A DNA stretch of 51,449 bases, filler included, from Bipalium vagum (lineage: Eukaryota): NCBI GenBank assembly GCA_037834085.1. It is 2 parts of 2 records of this genome, joined end to end, with 100 filler letters (N's around TTAATTAATTAA, not from the genome) between each part and the next. Parts side by side here need not be neighbours in the genome. Positions count along the whole stretch, not along the records: positions 24,805 to 51,449 come from JBBMKC010137279.1; 1 more part is not named here. One strand, 5' to 3'. The translations under genes and the position numbers were made by a program. This document shows positions 49,130 through 51,449 of the stretch, piece after piece; position 1 is the stretch's first letter, and each line of letters starts with the position of its first letter. The notes under the pieces are model-generated. The model did no database searches. It saw only the letters and a list, made by a program, of their open reading frames with translations, and was not told where the DNA came from.

Positions 49130-49613
49130 TATTCCTCATTATTTAGGATCATGTCGAGCATTGTATTAATAATACATACATAAAGCGATCTCATGATAAG
49201 ATTTAGCTAATGATATTGGTATTAGTGATTTTTTATAAATTTAAAATTAATAGATATTATTGATCAAAACAAAATCTGGTTAAAAAAATAAGATCTAATC
49301 TTTTGATTATCAAAGGTTCCCAAAGTCATTTTGACCAGTCCGAGTGATATTTTTCCTATTCCACTTGAAAAGTAATTTTGACTGAAAACTTTATTTACTG
49401 GTCAAAAATATTCCAGAACCATTAATCCTAATTCTTCCAAGTCTTTGTTTTGATAAAACAATTCTTAATTAACAATACAAATAAGTTTTAAAGCTTTTTT
49501 ATTAAATTTATTTCTTCAATGTAATTTTGAATATTAATTTTTTTTGTAAACATTTCTTATTTAAAGTTTTATCGGCTTCTTTACGTATATCGAAATTTAA
49601 TATTTTAGAAAAT

Positions 49614-49760
49614 ATGAATGAGAATGTCTTTCTTCGGCACTACATTCGCTATGGATTTCATTAGGGAAAAACCGCTGCGTCTGTCTATTCATCAATATGT
49701 TCCGTACTTCGATATTATGTTTTATTCCAAAAGTACTTGTGAATTTTGGTTTGAAATTAT
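49614..49760 (+). mobile_element. mariner N-terminal remnant
   Basis: MNENVFLRHYIRYGFH*GKTAASVYSSICSVL..YSKSTCEFWF. Confidence 0.65.
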
Positions 49761-51449
49761 AATGTGTGGTTTAGAATTCATCAGGTTTTTCAATTTTTTT
49801 TGCATATCCTCCATCGTCATTGTCTTTCAACTTCATAATCTAGATGGAGTAGCTATCTCCATAATTCTTCGATTGAATTAATTTCCTGTGAAGATGGGGT
49901 CCAGGACATCTGGTTAACTTGACATCGGCTGTTATATTACTGGGAAAATAGAATTTTCACTATCGTATCCATTCAGGAAAAAGGGAGATGATCAGGTTAA
50001 TGTTTTTTATACTCACATTGGTTTTGCTTTCCAGATACTAACGCTACAGCTGACTTTTCGTGGAAATTGAAACATGTCAATATCATAAAGAAGTTACTTC
50101 CGATATGTCTCTGAATCAACTCGTCTAGATTCTCTAGTTCTCTTCGTCATTTCATATCACATTTTTCCATTGATCGTCCCATCAATTTCATCATATGCTC
50201 AAAGCAATTAATATTTTCTGTGATGCTGCTTCAGTTACCGTTTCAATTTCATTTTTGGGAACGGTGGTCTCACAGTTCTTTAAAATATTTCAGATAATTT
50301 CAAAATATTTAAATCCAAATCGCTTTTTATGTTCAAGACTTGATGTTTTAATATTTGTTTCTCGGATAATTAACGCCACTGTTACATCAGTGATCGTTTA
50401 TTTAGTTCCATGCCTCAGCTTTACCCTTCAAATTTTCTTGAAATAATATCGAAAAGAATTCTCATACCTTCCGAGTTGATTTCTTATCCATCTAAAACAT
50501 TACCTATATCTTTGTAGGCTTCACCAATACCTTTCTCTTTTACTGTCATCCTGTTACTTATTGATATTTTTAACATATAATTTAAAAGTTATATTTACAA
50601 GCATTTTACACACTTAATGTACTAACCTCTACTATTTTTCTTAGTACTAATTATTTAACAAATTTAGTTGGAAGAGACAACAATGGATGAGACAACATAT
50701 TTGTGTCAGCAAAATATTTGATTGAAAGAAATGTAATTTTAACTTGAGATTATTGATATACATCAACTAAAAATAGCATAACATCTGTTTAGGAGATCAT
50801 AAGAAACTTTAAATGCTAAAAAATTTTTAATTACATTTTTAAACATTTTAAGAGTGCGGAGAATTTTTTGTGTTGTGCTATATTATGGTAAGCTTTTCGT
50901 ATTTCTATCTAATTATATTTTTATTTTATATGAATACTATTCTCGTTTATAGATATCTAATGACGAATTTATTAGAAAAATCACAATAGTAGTTCGTGTC
51001 ACGGTTTTAATATATTAAGTTACAAATGAAATCTATTTATATAAGAATGATAATTGTGAAAATAAAGTAAAATGAGCGTACTAAATATATGTTATTAGGT
51101 AGTATAAAATGGCAATGTTCTTAAGAGTTCATCATCTCTTTTTCATTAAATTATCATATGCCAAGCTGCCCATTCTTCATAATCCACCAATTTCATAAAG
51201 ATAACTAAATACTTTTAAATTAATAATTTTAATTAAATTTATTAGACTCTTATTCCGTCTTATAATAAACATAAATATTTTATTATTAATTATTATTTAA
51301 TAACATTTTAATTCAAACTGCTTTTAATGTACTTTGAACAAGTTTTCGGTTGTTTTTCTTTTTAACCTCCACATTTATTTTATGTCTTTAGTATTTCTCG
51401 AGACCTCTAAAACATGTGTTATACTTACTTTAGAAGTATATAAACTCAT

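Noticed and set aside
49850-49920. Minus-strand SWTPSSQEINSIEELW resembling the Tc1 WP..SPDLNPIENLW motif
   Set aside because: Isolated weak match, no other Tc1 motifs in frame, and it lies next to a + strand mariner relic.
1-51449. CRISPR arrays, operons, rRNA or complete tRNA genes
   Set aside because: The DNA is eukaryotic and intron-containing. No regularly spaced repeat-spacer array, rRNA motif or full cloverleaf was seen.

Overview
Very AT-rich eukaryotic (animal) genomic DNA. The mix of ~50-nt and multi-kb transposon-filled introns, the (AAT)n microsatellites and a RING-less TRAF gene suggest a planarian flatworm; this is an inference. I reconstructed three host genes by hand. (1) The central and 3' part of a small-HERC (HERC3/4-like) HECT E3 ligase on the + strand: 11 phase-consistent exons, 1118-23618. 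Its RCC1-like N-terminus lies upstream of the window, and the last exon carrying the catalytic Cys is not visible, probably lost at the 100-nt scaffold gap at 24705-24804. (2) A complete 10-exon, ~589-aa MLCK/DAPK-type CAMK kinase on the - strand (43388-27755), with an N-terminal Cys cluster and a C-terminal calmodulin-binding helix. (3) An intronless coiled-coil + MATH (TRAF-like) gene on the - strand (49129-48137). Introns and intergenic DNA hold decayed elements: mariner, rosa DD41D, maT DD37D, ITmD37E, pogo DD35D/Tigger, MITEs, a Gypsy integrase, a Penelope RT fragment, LTR-like and tRNA-derived pieces, several of them nested. I cannot demonstrate a clearly new biological system. The best leads are the unusual kinase and TRAF architectures, an intact DNA-binding-only transposase ORF, hairpin-rich non-coding elements, and a gene-specific excess of AAG splice acceptors.
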